From Candidatus Eiseniibacteriota bacterium (lineage in GTDB: Bacteria > Eisenbacteria > RBG-16-71-46), in NCBI GenBank assembly GCA_038231135.1, contig JBBRLX010000002.1, forward strand, positions 160,001 to 224,000: a stretch of 64,000 nucleotides of DNA, in the 5' to 3' direction. The notes under the pieces are model-generated. The model was not told the origin of the DNA. It saw nothing but the letters and a program-made list of their open reading frames with translations, and ran no database searches. The position numbers were made by a program, and so were the translations under genes. Below, in pieces: positions 1-10,037 of this stretch. The stretch's first letter is position 1. Every line of letters begins with the position of its first letter.

Positions 1-681
1 GAGCGCGCCGCGCGACACGAGCCGCGCGCGCACGCGCATCGCGGCACCGGGCTCCGGCTGCCCGGGCTCGATCGACAGCGAGCCCGCGATGACGGCGGCA
101 TCCCGGTCAGGCTGGTTCGCGCGCCCCGGCGACGGCGTCGCCGGGCGGAAGTCGGTGGCGTTCGAGCCGGTGCGCGCGGCGTCGGGGATGCGCGCGAGCG
201 ACAACCCCGACGCCGCGTCGTCCGCGGCCGTGCCGCAGGCGTATTCGGAGAACTCCTGAACTCCGTAGCCCACGACCTCGCTCACGCCGTCGGCCCACAC
301 CAGTCGCACCGCGTCGGGCCCGTTCTGCAGGTCGAGCGTGGCGATCACCGCCGGCGCCGGCTGCACGCGCGCGCCACCCACGACGAACCGCATGCCGGGC
401 GCGATCGTGTCGCGCGCGGCGCCGGTCCAGCGCACGCTCCAGCGGCCGGGCGCCGAGCCGTCGCCGGCCTCGAGGCGCACGCCGGCGAGCGCGACCGGTG
501 CGGCGCCCGCATTGAACAGCTCGACGAACTCGAGCCCCGAGTCGTCGCCGACGGCGTCGTAGAACACTTCAGAGATCAGCGGCCGGTCGGCCGCGCCACA
601 CTGGGCGAACACCGGCGCCGCGCCGGCGAGGCTGGAGGACAGCAACAGCGCCGCGGCCCGACACGTCGAGTCGAGTGACAT
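1..681 (-). CDS. Lamin-tail-domain secreted protein (partial, runs off left edge)
   Basis: Not in ORF track. ATG at 681 with upstream GGAG; translates MSLDSTCRAAALLL...LISEVFYDAVGDDSGLEFVELFN...LQNGPDAVRL, the typical LTD I.E..Y...EF.EL.N pattern. Confidence 0.8.
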   Translation of the reverse strand, partial: MSLDSTCRAAALLLSSSLAGAAPVFAQCGAADRPLISEVFYDAVGDDSGLEFVELFNAGAAPVALAGVRLEAGDGSAPGRWSVRWTGAARDTIAPGMRFVVGGARVQPAPAVIATLDLQNGPDAVRLVWADGVSEVVGYGVQEFSEYACGTAADDAASGLSLARIPDAARTGSNATDFRPATPSPGRANQPDRDAAVIAGSLSIEPGQPEPGAAMRVRARLVSRGAL

Positions 682-713
682 CCCACTCCACCAGGGGGCG
701 GAGTTTTCAGGCT

Positions 714-2888
714 TTAAGGCAGGCCGCGGCGCCTACGCCAGGCCCATTCCAGACTGAGCGCCCCGACTACCACGGCAAACACCCACGGCGATTCCCACAG
801 CCGCAGCGATTCGGTGCTTGCCCGCCCGAGGCCGCGGGTCTCGAGCGTGCGCGCCCAGCCCGGCAGCCCGCGCGCGCGCGCCACCCGGCCACCCGACGCC
901 CGCGCCAGCGACGCGAGCGACGCGCTGTCGGGCTGCGTGCGCGCGTCCTCGAGGCTCCAGCGGTCGACCGCGAGCTGGCTGGTGGCGCGGGCGAGTTCGC
1001 CGCCGCCGCGGCTCGCGCGCGCGGTCACCCGGTAGCGGCCCGGCGCGAGCGCATCCACGGCCGCCACGTAGCTGCCGGCGGTGCCGGGCACGAACGCGAT
1101 CGCGCGCGCATGCCCCGACGCGTCGATCAGCTCGCCCTCCAGCGTGGCGCCGGCGACCGGCCGGAACGCGGCGTCCTGCAGCGTCGCGAACACGCGGACC
1201 GTCTCGCCCTGCGGCGTGAGCCAGTGTTCGGGGCGCACTCGCAACGGCTCGCCCTGCACCGGCTCGGCGAGCGTGTGCACAAGGCTGCGCCACAGCCGCC
1301 GGCCGCGCTCGGCGGACAGCTCGTCGGTGCCCGACAGCGACCAGCGCCATACGCCGGAGCCGTTCACGAGCAGCAGCTGCCCGCGGCCGATGCGGCGCAC
1401 GAACAGCAGCGGCGGCCCCTGCCCCACGCTACGCACCAGCACGCGGTCGCCCGCGCCCGCGGCGATCGGCGCCACGTCGTCGAGCGGCGCCGCCGCCTGC
1501 CACGCGCGTTCGCCGCGCGCCGGGTCGTCGTCCCATTGCAGCACGTCACGCGCCTCGGGCGCCGGCTCGGGCGCACCCGCGCGCACCGCACCCGCGGGCC
1601 CGGGCGCCAGCGCGAGATCGCCGGTGAACGCGCCGCCCTGGTAGCGCAGCACGCCGGGCGCCGGGCCGCCGAACGCCAGCACCGCGCCGCCGTTCGCGAC
1701 GAACCCGCGCAGCGCGGCATCGAAGCCGGGCGCCACGTCGCGCGGCGCGATCGCGTCGAGCACGACGACCGCCATGCCCCCCAGCACACCCGCCGACGGC
1801 GTGCCCGCGCGCGCGTGGTCGGGTGCCGTCCAGCCGCCCGGCGACCGCACCCAGGCGGTGACGGCGAGGCTCGAGTCCGCGGCGAGCGCCCGGCGCAGGA
1901 ACGCGAAGTCCCAGTTGAGTCCGCCCGAGATCATCACCACGCCGAGCTTCGCCGGGGCGACCTCGACCGCCACCTGTCGTTCGTTGTTGCCAGCCGTGAT
2001 CTCCCCCGCGAGCGAGTCGACGTGCGCCGTCCATAGCGCGAGCCCCGGGGCGGCCGGCGTGACGCGGAATTCCGCGATCGCCTCGGCGCCCGAGCCCGGC
2101 GACGTGACGGTCGCGCGGCCGAGCTCGCGATTCCCGTCGCGAAGTTGCACGCCGAATGCCACGCCACGCGGCTCGGTGGTGGTGACCCGCACCCGCACCG
2201 GCGTCTCACGGCCGACCTCCGCGGTCGCGGACGCGTCGATGCCGGTGATCGAGCGGTCGGAATCCTGCTCGCCGCCCACGAGCACGCCGTGCACCGGCAG
2301 CCCCAGCGAGCGCGCCGCCGCCGCCGGATCGGAACCGGCGTTCACGACGCCGTCGCTGACGACGACGACCGCGCTCGCGCGCTCGGCCGCCGGCGAGCGA
2401 CCGAGTTCGTCGAGCGCATCCCCCAGCGCCGTCGCGCCGCGGCCGAGCGAATCACCGCCCGGGGCCCCGGGCGCGGCCGTGCCGCGTGGCGCCGCCGTCG
2501 GCTCGAGGTTGCCGAGTCGGCCCGCGAACGGCACCACCCGCACCGGGCCGTGCCACGCGCGCGACAGCTCCGCCGCCGCCGCCGCGGCGACCTGCGAACG
2601 GGGCGCGCCGCCGGCGGCCACCGGCAGGTCCATGCTGCGCGAGCGGTCGAGCAACACGAACAGCGTGCCCCCGCCGCCGTGCGCGCGCTCCAGCACCGGC
2701 TGGGCGAGCAGCCACAGCAGGACGCCCAGCGCGATCACCCGCAGCACGGGCAGTGCGCGCTTCGCGAGCGCCGGCAGCGGCGGCACCGCGAACCGGTAGG
2801 TCCAGACCCCGATCGCGACCAGCACCGCCGTCGCGAGCACGAACGGAATCCAGGGAATGTTGGGCGCGAGATGAATCGAGAGGTTCAA
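714..2888 (-). CDS. Membrane-anchored VWA-domain protein with Ig-like and GATase-like domains
   Basis: Two N-terminal TM helices, MIDAS DRSRS, VVVSDG, Ig-like D..E...NN motif, C-terminal TM ending EWAWRRRRGLP. Confidence 0.8.
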   Translation of the reverse strand: MNLSIHLAPNIPWIPFVLATAVLVAIGVWTYRFAVPPLPALAKRALPVLRVIALGVLLWLLAQPVLERAHGGGGTLFVLLDRSRSMDLPVAAGGAPRSQVAAAAAAELSRAWHGPVRVVPFAGRLGNLEPTAAPRGTAAPGAPGGDSLGRGATALGDALDELGRSPAAERASAVVVVSDGVVNAGSDPAAAARSLGLPVHGVLVGGEQDSDRSITGIDASATAEVGRETPVRVRVTTTEPRGVAFGVQLRDGNRELGRATVTSPGSGAEAIAEFRVTPAAPGLALWTAHVDSLAGEITAGNNERQVAVEVAPAKLGVVMISGGLNWDFAFLRRALAADSSLAVTAWVRSPGGWTAPDHARAGTPSAGVLGGMAVVVLDAIAPRDVAPGFDAALRGFVANGGAVLAFGGPAPGVLRYQGGAFTGDLALAPGPAGAVRAGAPEPAPEARDVLQWDDDPARGERAWQAAAPLDDVAPIAAGAGDRVLVRSVGQGPPLLFVRRIGRGQLLLVNGSGVWRWSLSGTDELSAERGRRLWRSLVHTLAEPVQGEPLRVRPEHWLTPQGETVRVFATLQDAAFRPVAGATLEGELIDASGHARAIAFVPGTAGSYVAAVDALAPGRYRVTARASRGGGELARATSQLAVDRWSLEDARTQPDSASLASLARASGGRVARARGLPGWARTLETRGLGRASTESLRLWESPWVFAVVVGALSLEWAWRRRRGLP

Positions 2889-2999
2889 CGGGGCTCGCTC
2901 GGTGGTTCAGGGCGGGGGACGATCGCGACTCGGGATGCCGGCCACGCGGCAGCGTCCGCGCACCGCCGCGACGCGAGCGTCGTGCCCCGGAACACTACG

Positions 3000-3914
3000 C
3001 TACCGGGCACCCCAACGCACGTCACCCACGACGCTGCCCGGCGCCTGCGCCTGACCGGTCATCACCTTGACGTTGTACCAGCCGAGCGCCACCACATGGG
3101 CCACGGTGGAGCCGATCAGCACTCCGATCGCGATCCGCGTGAGCGGGATCAGCGGCCCCGCCAGTGGAGTCGAACGCACGTGCAACAGCACCAGAAATCC
3201 GACCAGCGCGGACAACAGCACCCCGCTGAAGCGTCCGAACGACGTGGGGCGGATCTTGACCGGGCCGACGAACAGGTAGAGCCAGATGCCGCCCGCGATC
3301 AGCACGCCGTAGCGCAGCGCGGCCAGCGCGAACACCCACCACGGCAACAGGCCCGCCATCACCAGCCCCGCGAACATCGCGAAATTGAACACGATGTCGA
3401 CCAGCGGATCGAGCACCGTGCCCATGCGCGTGACCTGGTTCCAGCGGCGCGCGATCCAGCCGTCGGCGATGTCGGTGACCGCGGCGATCACGAACGCGGC
3501 GAGCGCCAGCGCGAAGTGCCCGCGGCGCAGGAACAGCAGGATCCCCGGCACCAGCGACACCCGGAGCAGCGTGAACACCAGCGCCGCGTTGATCGCCGAC
3601 AGCGGATAGCCGTCGCGGTCGCGCAGTCCGTCCACATAGCAGGTGACGAACGTGAACGACACGAGCACCCACAGTGCCGTATTCAGGAAGAACGCGTAGG
3701 CCAGCGAGCGGTCGTACACCACCGCCATCGCCGACGACACGAGGAACGCGGCGGTGAAGAATCCCAGCGCGACGCTCCAGATCGAACGCACGGCGCCCGG
3801 GTTCGCGATGATGTGGTCGCGGGTGCGCCCGGCGGTGCGGCGCAGGTAGCGAATCAGCGCCAGCGGCGTGAATCGCTCGCGTCTCAGCTCTTCGAGGTAC
3901 TCCTCGACGAACAT
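3000..3914 (-). CDS. CDP-alcohol phosphatidyltransferase family protein with N-terminal extension
   Basis: Signature DIADGWIARRWNQVTRMGTVLDPLVD; GGAGG RBS. Confidence 0.85.
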   Translation of the reverse strand: MFVEEYLEELRRERFTPLALIRYLRRTAGRTRDHIIANPGAVRSIWSVALGFFTAAFLVSSAMAVVYDRSLAYAFFLNTALWVLVSFTFVTCYVDGLRDRDGYPLSAINAALVFTLLRVSLVPGILLFLRRGHFALALAAFVIAAVTDIADGWIARRWNQVTRMGTVLDPLVDIVFNFAMFAGLVMAGLLPWWVFALAALRYGVLIAGGIWLYLFVGPVKIRPTSFGRFSGVLLSALVGFLVLLHVRSTPLAGPLIPLTRIAIGVLIGSTVAHVVALGWYNVKVMTGQAQAPGSVVGDVRWGAR

Positions 3915-4093
3915 GGCGGCCTCCGGGACGGGCGCGGTCGCGGCCGCGCGGGCGGAGCATCCTTAAGGATTCGAGGCTCCAGCGGACGAGGATAGATGGG
4001 GGTGCGAGGGGGGCGCAACTGGTGGCCCGGCCGCATGGCGGTTTATGGTCGGACGACGCTTCGCCCCGCCGCCGTCCGCCCACAGGATCCAGC

Positions 4094-6052
4094 ATGCAAC
4101 CCATGGTCTCCCAGCCTCCCGAACGACAGCCCTGGAGCGTCACCTGCTACCGGTGGCTGGCCGGGGCGCTGGTGATCTCGACGGTGGCGCTGCACGTCGC
4201 GGCGATGGGCTCGCTGGGGGACACGCTGTGGGGCGTGCACATGTATCGATTCTTCCCCCCGGCGTTCCTGTGGGTCTCATGCCTGGCCCTGTGCGGCGTG
4301 GTGCTGGGAGTCGTGCGTTCGGGACGCTCCGCCGCCATCGAACCATCGCGCGCGTCCGGAGGCAGCGAGCCCGGGTTTCCGTGGGTCTGGGTGTCGATCG
4401 CGTCGGCGGTGTTCTTCGTGCTGTGCTGGGTGTTTCGCGAAGGCCACACGCTGCTGGGCGACGGCAATCCGCTCACGTCGAACCTCGCTCACGGCCAGCA
4501 GTTCCACGAGCGTGAACCGCTCACGCTGGTGGTGCACCACGCGTTCTATCTGCTGGCGCGTCCGCTGTTCCACGGCGCCGCCGGCGACCCCGCGGAAATG
4601 GCCCGCGACACCGTGGCGCTCAGCAGCGCGATCGCGGGGGCGCTGTTCGTGCCCGTCCTGTGGGGAATCGCGCGCGAGCTGGTCAGGGGTTCAGCCCTCG
4701 CCGGCGAGCTGCTCCCGGACCCCAGGGCGCGTGCGCTCGAATTCCTGGTGTTCTTCGTGCTGCTCGCGCAGGGCACCGTGCAGTTGTTCTTCGGCTACGT
4801 CGAGAACTACACGCTGTACACGTGGGCGATCGCGGCGTATGCGCTCGCGAGCCTCCGGTTCCTGAACGGCCGGGGCCGGCTGTGGGTGCCGGGCGCGCTG
4901 CTGACGCTGGCCATCGCGCTCCACCTCGCGGCCGCGGGGCTGCTGCCGTCGTTCGCACTCCTGGCGGCCGCATCGCTGTGGCATCCGGGCAGGCGGAAGA
5001 CGACCCTCGTCGATCTCGGCATCACGGCCGTGGTGTTTGCCGGTGTCTCCCTGAGCCTGGCGTGGATCAGCCCGTGGTTTCACCTCGAGCAGATGATCGC
5101 GAGCCTCGTCGACGCGTTCAATTCGAAGAGCGGGAGCGGCTTCGCGCGCCCGACGCCACTGGACTTCCTGAACCAGCAGACGCTCATCGGCCCGCTGGGC
5201 GTGTTTCTGTTCGTGCCGGCGCTGGGAATTGCCGCGGCCGGCCGGGGGTTCCGCGGCGCGCGCGAATGGTTCGTCGCCGCGATGGGCATGGGGTATCTCG
5301 CGGAATCGCTCGTCGCAGGGGACTCGAACCTCGGCGTCGCCCGCAACTGGGACCTGCTGGCGCCGGCGGGACTGATGTTCACGCTGAGCGGCGTGGCGCT
5401 CGCCCTGAATGCCCCGTGGACCGTCGCCGCGCTCAAGCGCTGGCTGATTCTGCTGGTCCTTGTCTCGCTGTTCCACACGGTGCCGTGGATCGCCCTCAAC
5501 GCTTCGTTCGATCGCTCGTTCGAGCGGTTCAAGACGCTGCCGCTGGGCCGCGGGCGAACCGAGGCGACGGTCGGGGACTGGTATCTGTCGAAGAGCCGCT
5601 ACGACGAGGCCGGCGCCTGGTTCCGACGGTCGCTGACCGAGAACCCCGACAACAACGTGGCGGCGTTCGGCCTTGGCGTGGTCGCGATGCACCAGCACGA
5701 GTATGCGCTGGCCGGCGCGGCGTTCTGGTCGGCGCACAAGGTGCGTCCGACGATTCGCGCCTACCGGATCGGGCTGGTGGACGCCATGCTGCGGGGCAAT
5801 CACCCGGATTGGGCCCAGGCGCAGCTCGATACCCTGCTGCTGGACGACCCGCGCGCCGCCGGGTTCTGGGCGGTGTCGTCGATCGCCTGGCTGGGCATGG
5901 GCGACCGCGACCGCTCCCGCGCCGCCCTGGCGACGGCCGACCAACTCGCCCCCGGCGACACCACGCTGGCCACGCTGCGGGACCATCTCGCGCGGCCGGA
6001 TGGCTATGTGATCGCGATGCGGACCGACCTGTCCGTGATCCTGTCGTATTGA
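4094..6052 (+). CDS. Polytopic membrane protein, GT-C-like, with C-terminal TPR repeats
   Basis: More than 10 hydrophobic segments, LLGDG and FFGYVENY loop motifs, C-terminal TPR-like YDEAGAWFRRSLTENPDN; start uncertain (4022/4094/4103). Confidence 0.65.
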   Translation: MQPMVSQPPERQPWSVTCYRWLAGALVISTVALHVAAMGSLGDTLWGVHMYRFFPPAFLWVSCLALCGVVLGVVRSGRSAAIEPSRASGGSEPGFPWVWVSIASAVFFVLCWVFREGHTLLGDGNPLTSNLAHGQQFHEREPLTLVVHHAFYLLARPLFHGAAGDPAEMARDTVALSSAIAGALFVPVLWGIARELVRGSALAGELLPDPRARALEFLVFFVLLAQGTVQLFFGYVENYTLYTWAIAAYALASLRFLNGRGRLWVPGALLTLAIALHLAAAGLLPSFALLAAASLWHPGRRKTTLVDLGITAVVFAGVSLSLAWISPWFHLEQMIASLVDAFNSKSGSGFARPTPLDFLNQQTLIGPLGVFLFVPALGIAAAGRGFRGAREWFVAAMGMGYLAESLVAGDSNLGVARNWDLLAPAGLMFTLSGVALALNAPWTVAALKRWLILLVLVSLFHTVPWIALNASFDRSFERFKTLPLGRGRTEATVGDWYLSKSRYDEAGAWFRRSLTENPDNNVAAFGLGVVAMHQHEYALAGAAFWSAHKVRPTIRAYRIGLVDAMLRGNHPDWAQAQLDTLLLDDPRAAGFWAVSSIAWLGMGDRDRSRAALATADQLAPGDTTLATLRDHLARPDGYVIAMRTDLSVILSY

Positions 6053-6273
6053 TCCGAAGTCATCTGCTGCCACGCGCCGGCGCAGTGACGTCCAGGAATT
6101 CGGCCAATTGTGATTCGGCAACGCCTCCGGCGCCACAATCGTGGGAGGCTCCATACGCGCCACACGTGCCATAGCAACGAGGCCAGGGCGACTGCAACCA
6201 GAACGCCCGCAATTAGCAGCACCATGAAGTATGGCGCCGGGAGCTCGCTGAGTCGTTCGAGGCTATTCGTCAT
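6004..6273 (-). CDS. Possible small single-TM hypothetical protein or gene fragment
   Basis: One hydrophobic helix followed by an Arg-rich stretch; no clear RBS; overlaps the convergent gene end. Confidence 0.3.
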   Translation of the reverse strand: MTNSLERLSELPAPYFMVLLIAGVLVAVALASLLWHVWRVWSLPRLWRRRRCRITIGRIPGRHCAGAWQQMTSDQYDRITDRSVRIAIT

Positions 6274-6328
6274 GAAGGAGTGCACTGGGACTCTCACAGC
6301 CCGGGGCGAATTGCTCCACTGGATGCTC

Positions 6329-6350
6329 CAACCGTCCCCGGGGACGGTTG
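6329..6350. repeat. Perfect 22-bp palindrome
   Basis: CAACCGTCCCC/GGGGACGGTTG in intergenic DNA. Confidence 0.8.
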
Positions 6351-6399
6351 ATCGATACGCAGGAGCGGGGTCGAGCGAACCGGAAATACGAACTCGCTG

Positions 6400-7047
6400 C
6401 TAGGGACGAACGGCCTCCTCCGCGAGGCGGCCGGCGGACGGATTCGGATGGATGGTGAAGCCGAACATGAACAGGGCAACCACGACGCTCGCGGAGTGGG
6501 ATGCGAACACCGCGCTCGCCCTCAGCCCGAGCACGATGCCCACGGGCCCGGGATTCGGGATCAGGCGGACTCCCGTGGCCGCGCCGACGGCCATTCCAAA
6601 CACCGTTCGCTCGTCCATGACGGGGCCGAACCCATCCGTCTGAACGCTCGGCGTGATCGCCCCGACACCGACGCCACCTTGAAGGTACGCGGCGGTCCAC
6701 GGTCCACCGCGACTGCGGCCGACTCCCAGCAGCACCGCGGCGTGCGACGCGTTGACGAAACGCGCCTCGGGTATTGCCACATCCACGCCGGGGCCTGCCA
6801 CGTCACCGAACAAGATCCGCTCGCGCCCAGGCCGGTAGCGCCACGCCAGATCGAGCGATGCGATGCCGCCGAATCCGCCACCGGTATACGAGTAGTGGTG
6901 GGCGCTCCCCATACCGATCCCGCCCGTGACCCGCATGGCAAACGGAAACTCCGCCCGCGCCACGCCCGCTGCGCCGCACGCCAGCGCGACGACGCACCCG
7001 AGCAGGATGCAGGCTCGACACACCGCCCTCACCGGGATTTTGAACAC
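6400..7047 (-). CDS. Exported hypothetical protein, possible small outer-membrane beta-barrel
   Basis: Signal peptide ending ARA, Gly-rich alternating beta-strand pattern (YLQGGVGVG). Confidence 0.6.
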   Translation of the reverse strand: MFKIPVRAVCRACILLGCVVALACGAAGVARAEFPFAMRVTGGIGMGSAHHYSYTGGGFGGIASLDLAWRYRPGRERILFGDVAGPGVDVAIPEARFVNASHAAVLLGVGRSRGGPWTAAYLQGGVGVGAITPSVQTDGFGPVMDERTVFGMAVGAATGVRLIPNPGPVGIVLGLRASAVFASHSASVVVALFMFGFTIHPNPSAGRLAEEAVRP

Positions 7048-7111
7048 GGAGTCCCCGCGCGCCGCACCCCATTCACGTTCGGTACGGCGTCGCAGGTCCC
7101 CCTCCGTTCGT

Positions 7112-9994
7112 TCAGCGCTGGTCGCTGGTCGCCGTCTTGCCGCGCACGGCGGCCTGCGCCGCGGCGAGCCGGGCGATCGGCACCCGGAACGGCGACGCCG
7201 ACACGTAGTCCAGGTTCGCCGTGTGGCAGAACTCGACGCTGGCGGGATCGCCGCCGTGCTCGCCGCAGATCCCCACCTTGAGCTTCGCGCGCGTCGCGCG
7301 GCCGCGCTCGACCGCCCACGTCATCAACTCGCCCACACCCTCGGTGTCGAGCGACACGAACGGATCCTGCGCCAGGATCCCGCGCGCCACGTACTCGGGC
7401 AGGAACTTGCCCGCGTCATCGCGCGAGAAGCCGTAGGCCATCTGCGTCAGGTCGTTGGTGCCGAACGAGAAGAACTCGGCCTGCTCGGCGATGCGGCCGG
7501 CGGTCACGGCGGCGCGCGGCACCTCGATCATGGTGCCGACCATGTACTCGATCCGGAGCTTTTTCGCGGTCATCACCTCATCCGCGACCCGACGCACCAG
7601 CGCGGCCTGGTCGCTCAACTCGGCGACCGTGCCCACCAGCGGAATCATGATCTCGGGCAGCACCTTGACGCCCTTCGCCGTGGCCTCGCACGCGGCCTCG
7701 AAGATCGCGCGCGCCTGCATCTCGGTGATCTCGGGATACGTGATGCCGAGCCGGCAGCCGCGGTGGCCGAGCATCGGGTTGAACTCGTGCAGTTCCTCCA
7801 CGCGCTGGAGGATGCCGGGCAGGCCCTTGCGGAGCTGGCCGACGGGCAGCCGGTAGTGCTTCGACATCTCGCGCTTCTGCGCGGCGGTCGCGTGCGGCAA
7901 CCGCGCCAGGTCCACCATCAGGTCTTCGCGCTTGGGCAGGAACTCGTGCAGCGGCGGATCGAGCGTGCGGATCGTCACCGGGAAGCCGTCCATCGCCAGG
8001 AACAGGCCGCGGAAGTCGGCGCGCTGCATCGGCAGCAGCTTCGCGAGCGCGCCCCGATAGAGCTTCATCGGCCCGGCCAACTCCCGGCGCAACGCCGCGA
8101 GCTCCGGCTTGAGGCGCTTCGCCTCGGCCGGCGTGGCGCCGTCGAGCGCCTTCCCGCGCTCCGCCAGCTTCGCCTCGAGCGCCTTCACCTCGGGCGCGGC
8201 CATGATCATCTGCACCACGAACGGCAGCCGCTTCTCGTCGAAGAACATGTGCTCGGTGCGGCACAGCCCGATGCCCTCGGCGCCGAACTCGCGCGCCTTG
8301 ATCGCGTCGCGCGGCACGTCGGAGTTCGACCGCACCTTGAGCCTGCGGAACTTGTCGGCCATCGTCATGAACTCGCCGAACTCGCCGCTCACGACGGCGT
8401 CGATGGTCGGAACCTGCCCCAGCATCACGCGGCCCGTGGAGCCGTCGAGCGTCACCCACTCGCCCTCGCGGATCACGCGCCCGCTGATCGTCATGGTGCG
8501 GGCCTTGTCGTCCACGCGAATCGTGGCCGCGCCCGACACGCACGGCTTGCCCATGCCGCGGGCGACGACGGCCGCGTGGCTCGTCATGCCGCCGGTGGCG
8601 GTGAGGATGCCCTGCGCCGCGTCCATGCCGTGGATGTCGTCGGGCGTGGTCTCCTTGCGCACCAGGATCACCTTGTCCTTGTTCTTCCCGCGCTCGGCCG
8701 CGGTGTCGGCATCGAACACCACCTGGCCGACCGCGGCGCCGGGAGACGCCGCGAGCCCGGTCGCGATCACCGTGGTCTTCGCCTTCGGGTCGAGACGCGG
8801 ATGCAGCAGCTGATCGAGCGACGCCGGCTCCACGCGCATCACCGCCTCCTCGGGCGTGATCAGCTTCTCCTTCACCATGTCGACCGCGATCTTGACCGCG
8901 GCCTGTGCGGTGCGCTTGCCGTTGCGCGTCTGGAGCAGGAACAGCCTGCCGTCCTGGATCGTGAACTCGAAGTCCTGCACGTCGCGGTAGTGGCGCTCGA
9001 GCCGGGACGTGATCTCGCGCAGCTGGCGGAAGACGTCCGGCATGTCCTGCTGGAGCTTGTCGATCGGCTCCGGCGTGCGCACGCCCGCCACCACGTCCTC
9101 GCCCTGGGCGTTGATGAGGTATTCGCCGTAGAACTGCTTCTCGCCGGTGGACGGATTGCGCGTGAATCCCACGCCGGTGCCCGACGTGTCGCCGAGATTG
9201 CCGAACACCATCGCCTGCACGTTGACCGCGGTGCCGATGTCGTCGGGAATGTGGTTCTGGCGGCGGTAGTACACCGCGCGATCGTTGTTCCAGGACCGGA
9301 ACACCGCGTCGCGCGCGAGTGCCAGCTGCTCCTGCGGATCCTGGGGGAAGTCCTGGGACGCGCGCTGGCGCACCACCGTCTTGTACCGGCGCACCAGCTC
9401 CTGCAGATCCTGGGCGGTGAGATCGGTGTCGAGCTTCGCCTTGCGCTGGCGCTTGAGCGCGTCGATCAGGTCCTCGAACTCGTGCTTCTCGAACTCGAGC
9501 ACCACCGACGAGAACATCTGGATGAAGCGCCGGTAGCAGTCCCACGCGAACCGCGGATTCCCGGTGCGACGCGCGAGGCCCTCGACGGAGCCGTCGTTCA
9601 GGCCCAGATTGAGGACGGTGTCCATCATTCCCGGCATCGAGAACTTGGCGCCGGAGCGCACCGACACCAGCAGGGGATCCTCGGCGTCCCCGAGCCGTTT
9701 GCCCATGATGCGCTCGAGCCGCGACAGCGCGTCGAACTGTTGCGACTTGAAGTCGGCGGGCAGCGTGCGCCCGTGGGCGTAGTACCAGCGGCACACTTCG
9801 GTCGTGATCGTGAATCCCGGCGGCACCGGGACGCCGGCGTTCGTCATCTCGGCGAGCCCCGCGCCCTTGCCGCCCAGCAGATCCTTCATGCCGGTGTTGC
9901 CCTCGGCGCGGCCATCGTCGCCGAAGAAGTACGTCCACCGCGTGGCCGGCGGCGCCGCGGCGCGGTCGGATTCCAACGAACGGGTCTGGGTCAC
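7112..9994 (-). CDS. ppdK: Pyruvate, phosphate dikinase
   Basis: LLGGKGAGLAEM, SVRSGA..SMPGMMDT, GGMTSHAAVVARG phospho-His motif, EFNPMLGHRGCR, SFGTNDLTQ, GICGEHGGDP; GAGGAG RBS. Confidence 0.97.
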   Translation of the reverse strand: MTQTRSLESDRAAAPPATRWTYFFGDDGRAEGNTGMKDLLGGKGAGLAEMTNAGVPVPPGFTITTEVCRWYYAHGRTLPADFKSQQFDALSRLERIMGKRLGDAEDPLLVSVRSGAKFSMPGMMDTVLNLGLNDGSVEGLARRTGNPRFAWDCYRRFIQMFSSVVLEFEKHEFEDLIDALKRQRKAKLDTDLTAQDLQELVRRYKTVVRQRASQDFPQDPQEQLALARDAVFRSWNNDRAVYYRRQNHIPDDIGTAVNVQAMVFGNLGDTSGTGVGFTRNPSTGEKQFYGEYLINAQGEDVVAGVRTPEPIDKLQQDMPDVFRQLREITSRLERHYRDVQDFEFTIQDGRLFLLQTRNGKRTAQAAVKIAVDMVKEKLITPEEAVMRVEPASLDQLLHPRLDPKAKTTVIATGLAASPGAAVGQVVFDADTAAERGKNKDKVILVRKETTPDDIHGMDAAQGILTATGGMTSHAAVVARGMGKPCVSGAATIRVDDKARTMTISGRVIREGEWVTLDGSTGRVMLGQVPTIDAVVSGEFGEFMTMADKFRRLKVRSNSDVPRDAIKAREFGAEGIGLCRTEHMFFDEKRLPFVVQMIMAAPEVKALEAKLAERGKALDGATPAEAKRLKPELAALRRELAGPMKLYRGALAKLLPMQRADFRGLFLAMDGFPVTIRTLDPPLHEFLPKREDLMVDLARLPHATAAQKREMSKHYRLPVGQLRKGLPGILQRVEELHEFNPMLGHRGCRLGITYPEITEMQARAIFEAACEATAKGVKVLPEIMIPLVGTVAELSDQAALVRRVADEVMTAKKLRIEYMVGTMIEVPRAAVTAGRIAEQAEFFSFGTNDLTQMAYGFSRDDAGKFLPEYVARGILAQDPFVSLDTEGVGELMTWAVERGRATRAKLKVGICGEHGGDPASVEFCHTANLDYVSASPFRVPIARLAAAQAAVRGKTATSDQR

Positions 9995-10037
9995 GAAATC
10001 GACTCCTCGAAGCAGGGGAAAGACTCCCGCGGGATCT

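Noticed and set aside
6280..6400. Integron attC site between two small ORFs
   Set aside because: No RYYYAAC...GTTRRRY ends, no repeated cassettes, no integrase
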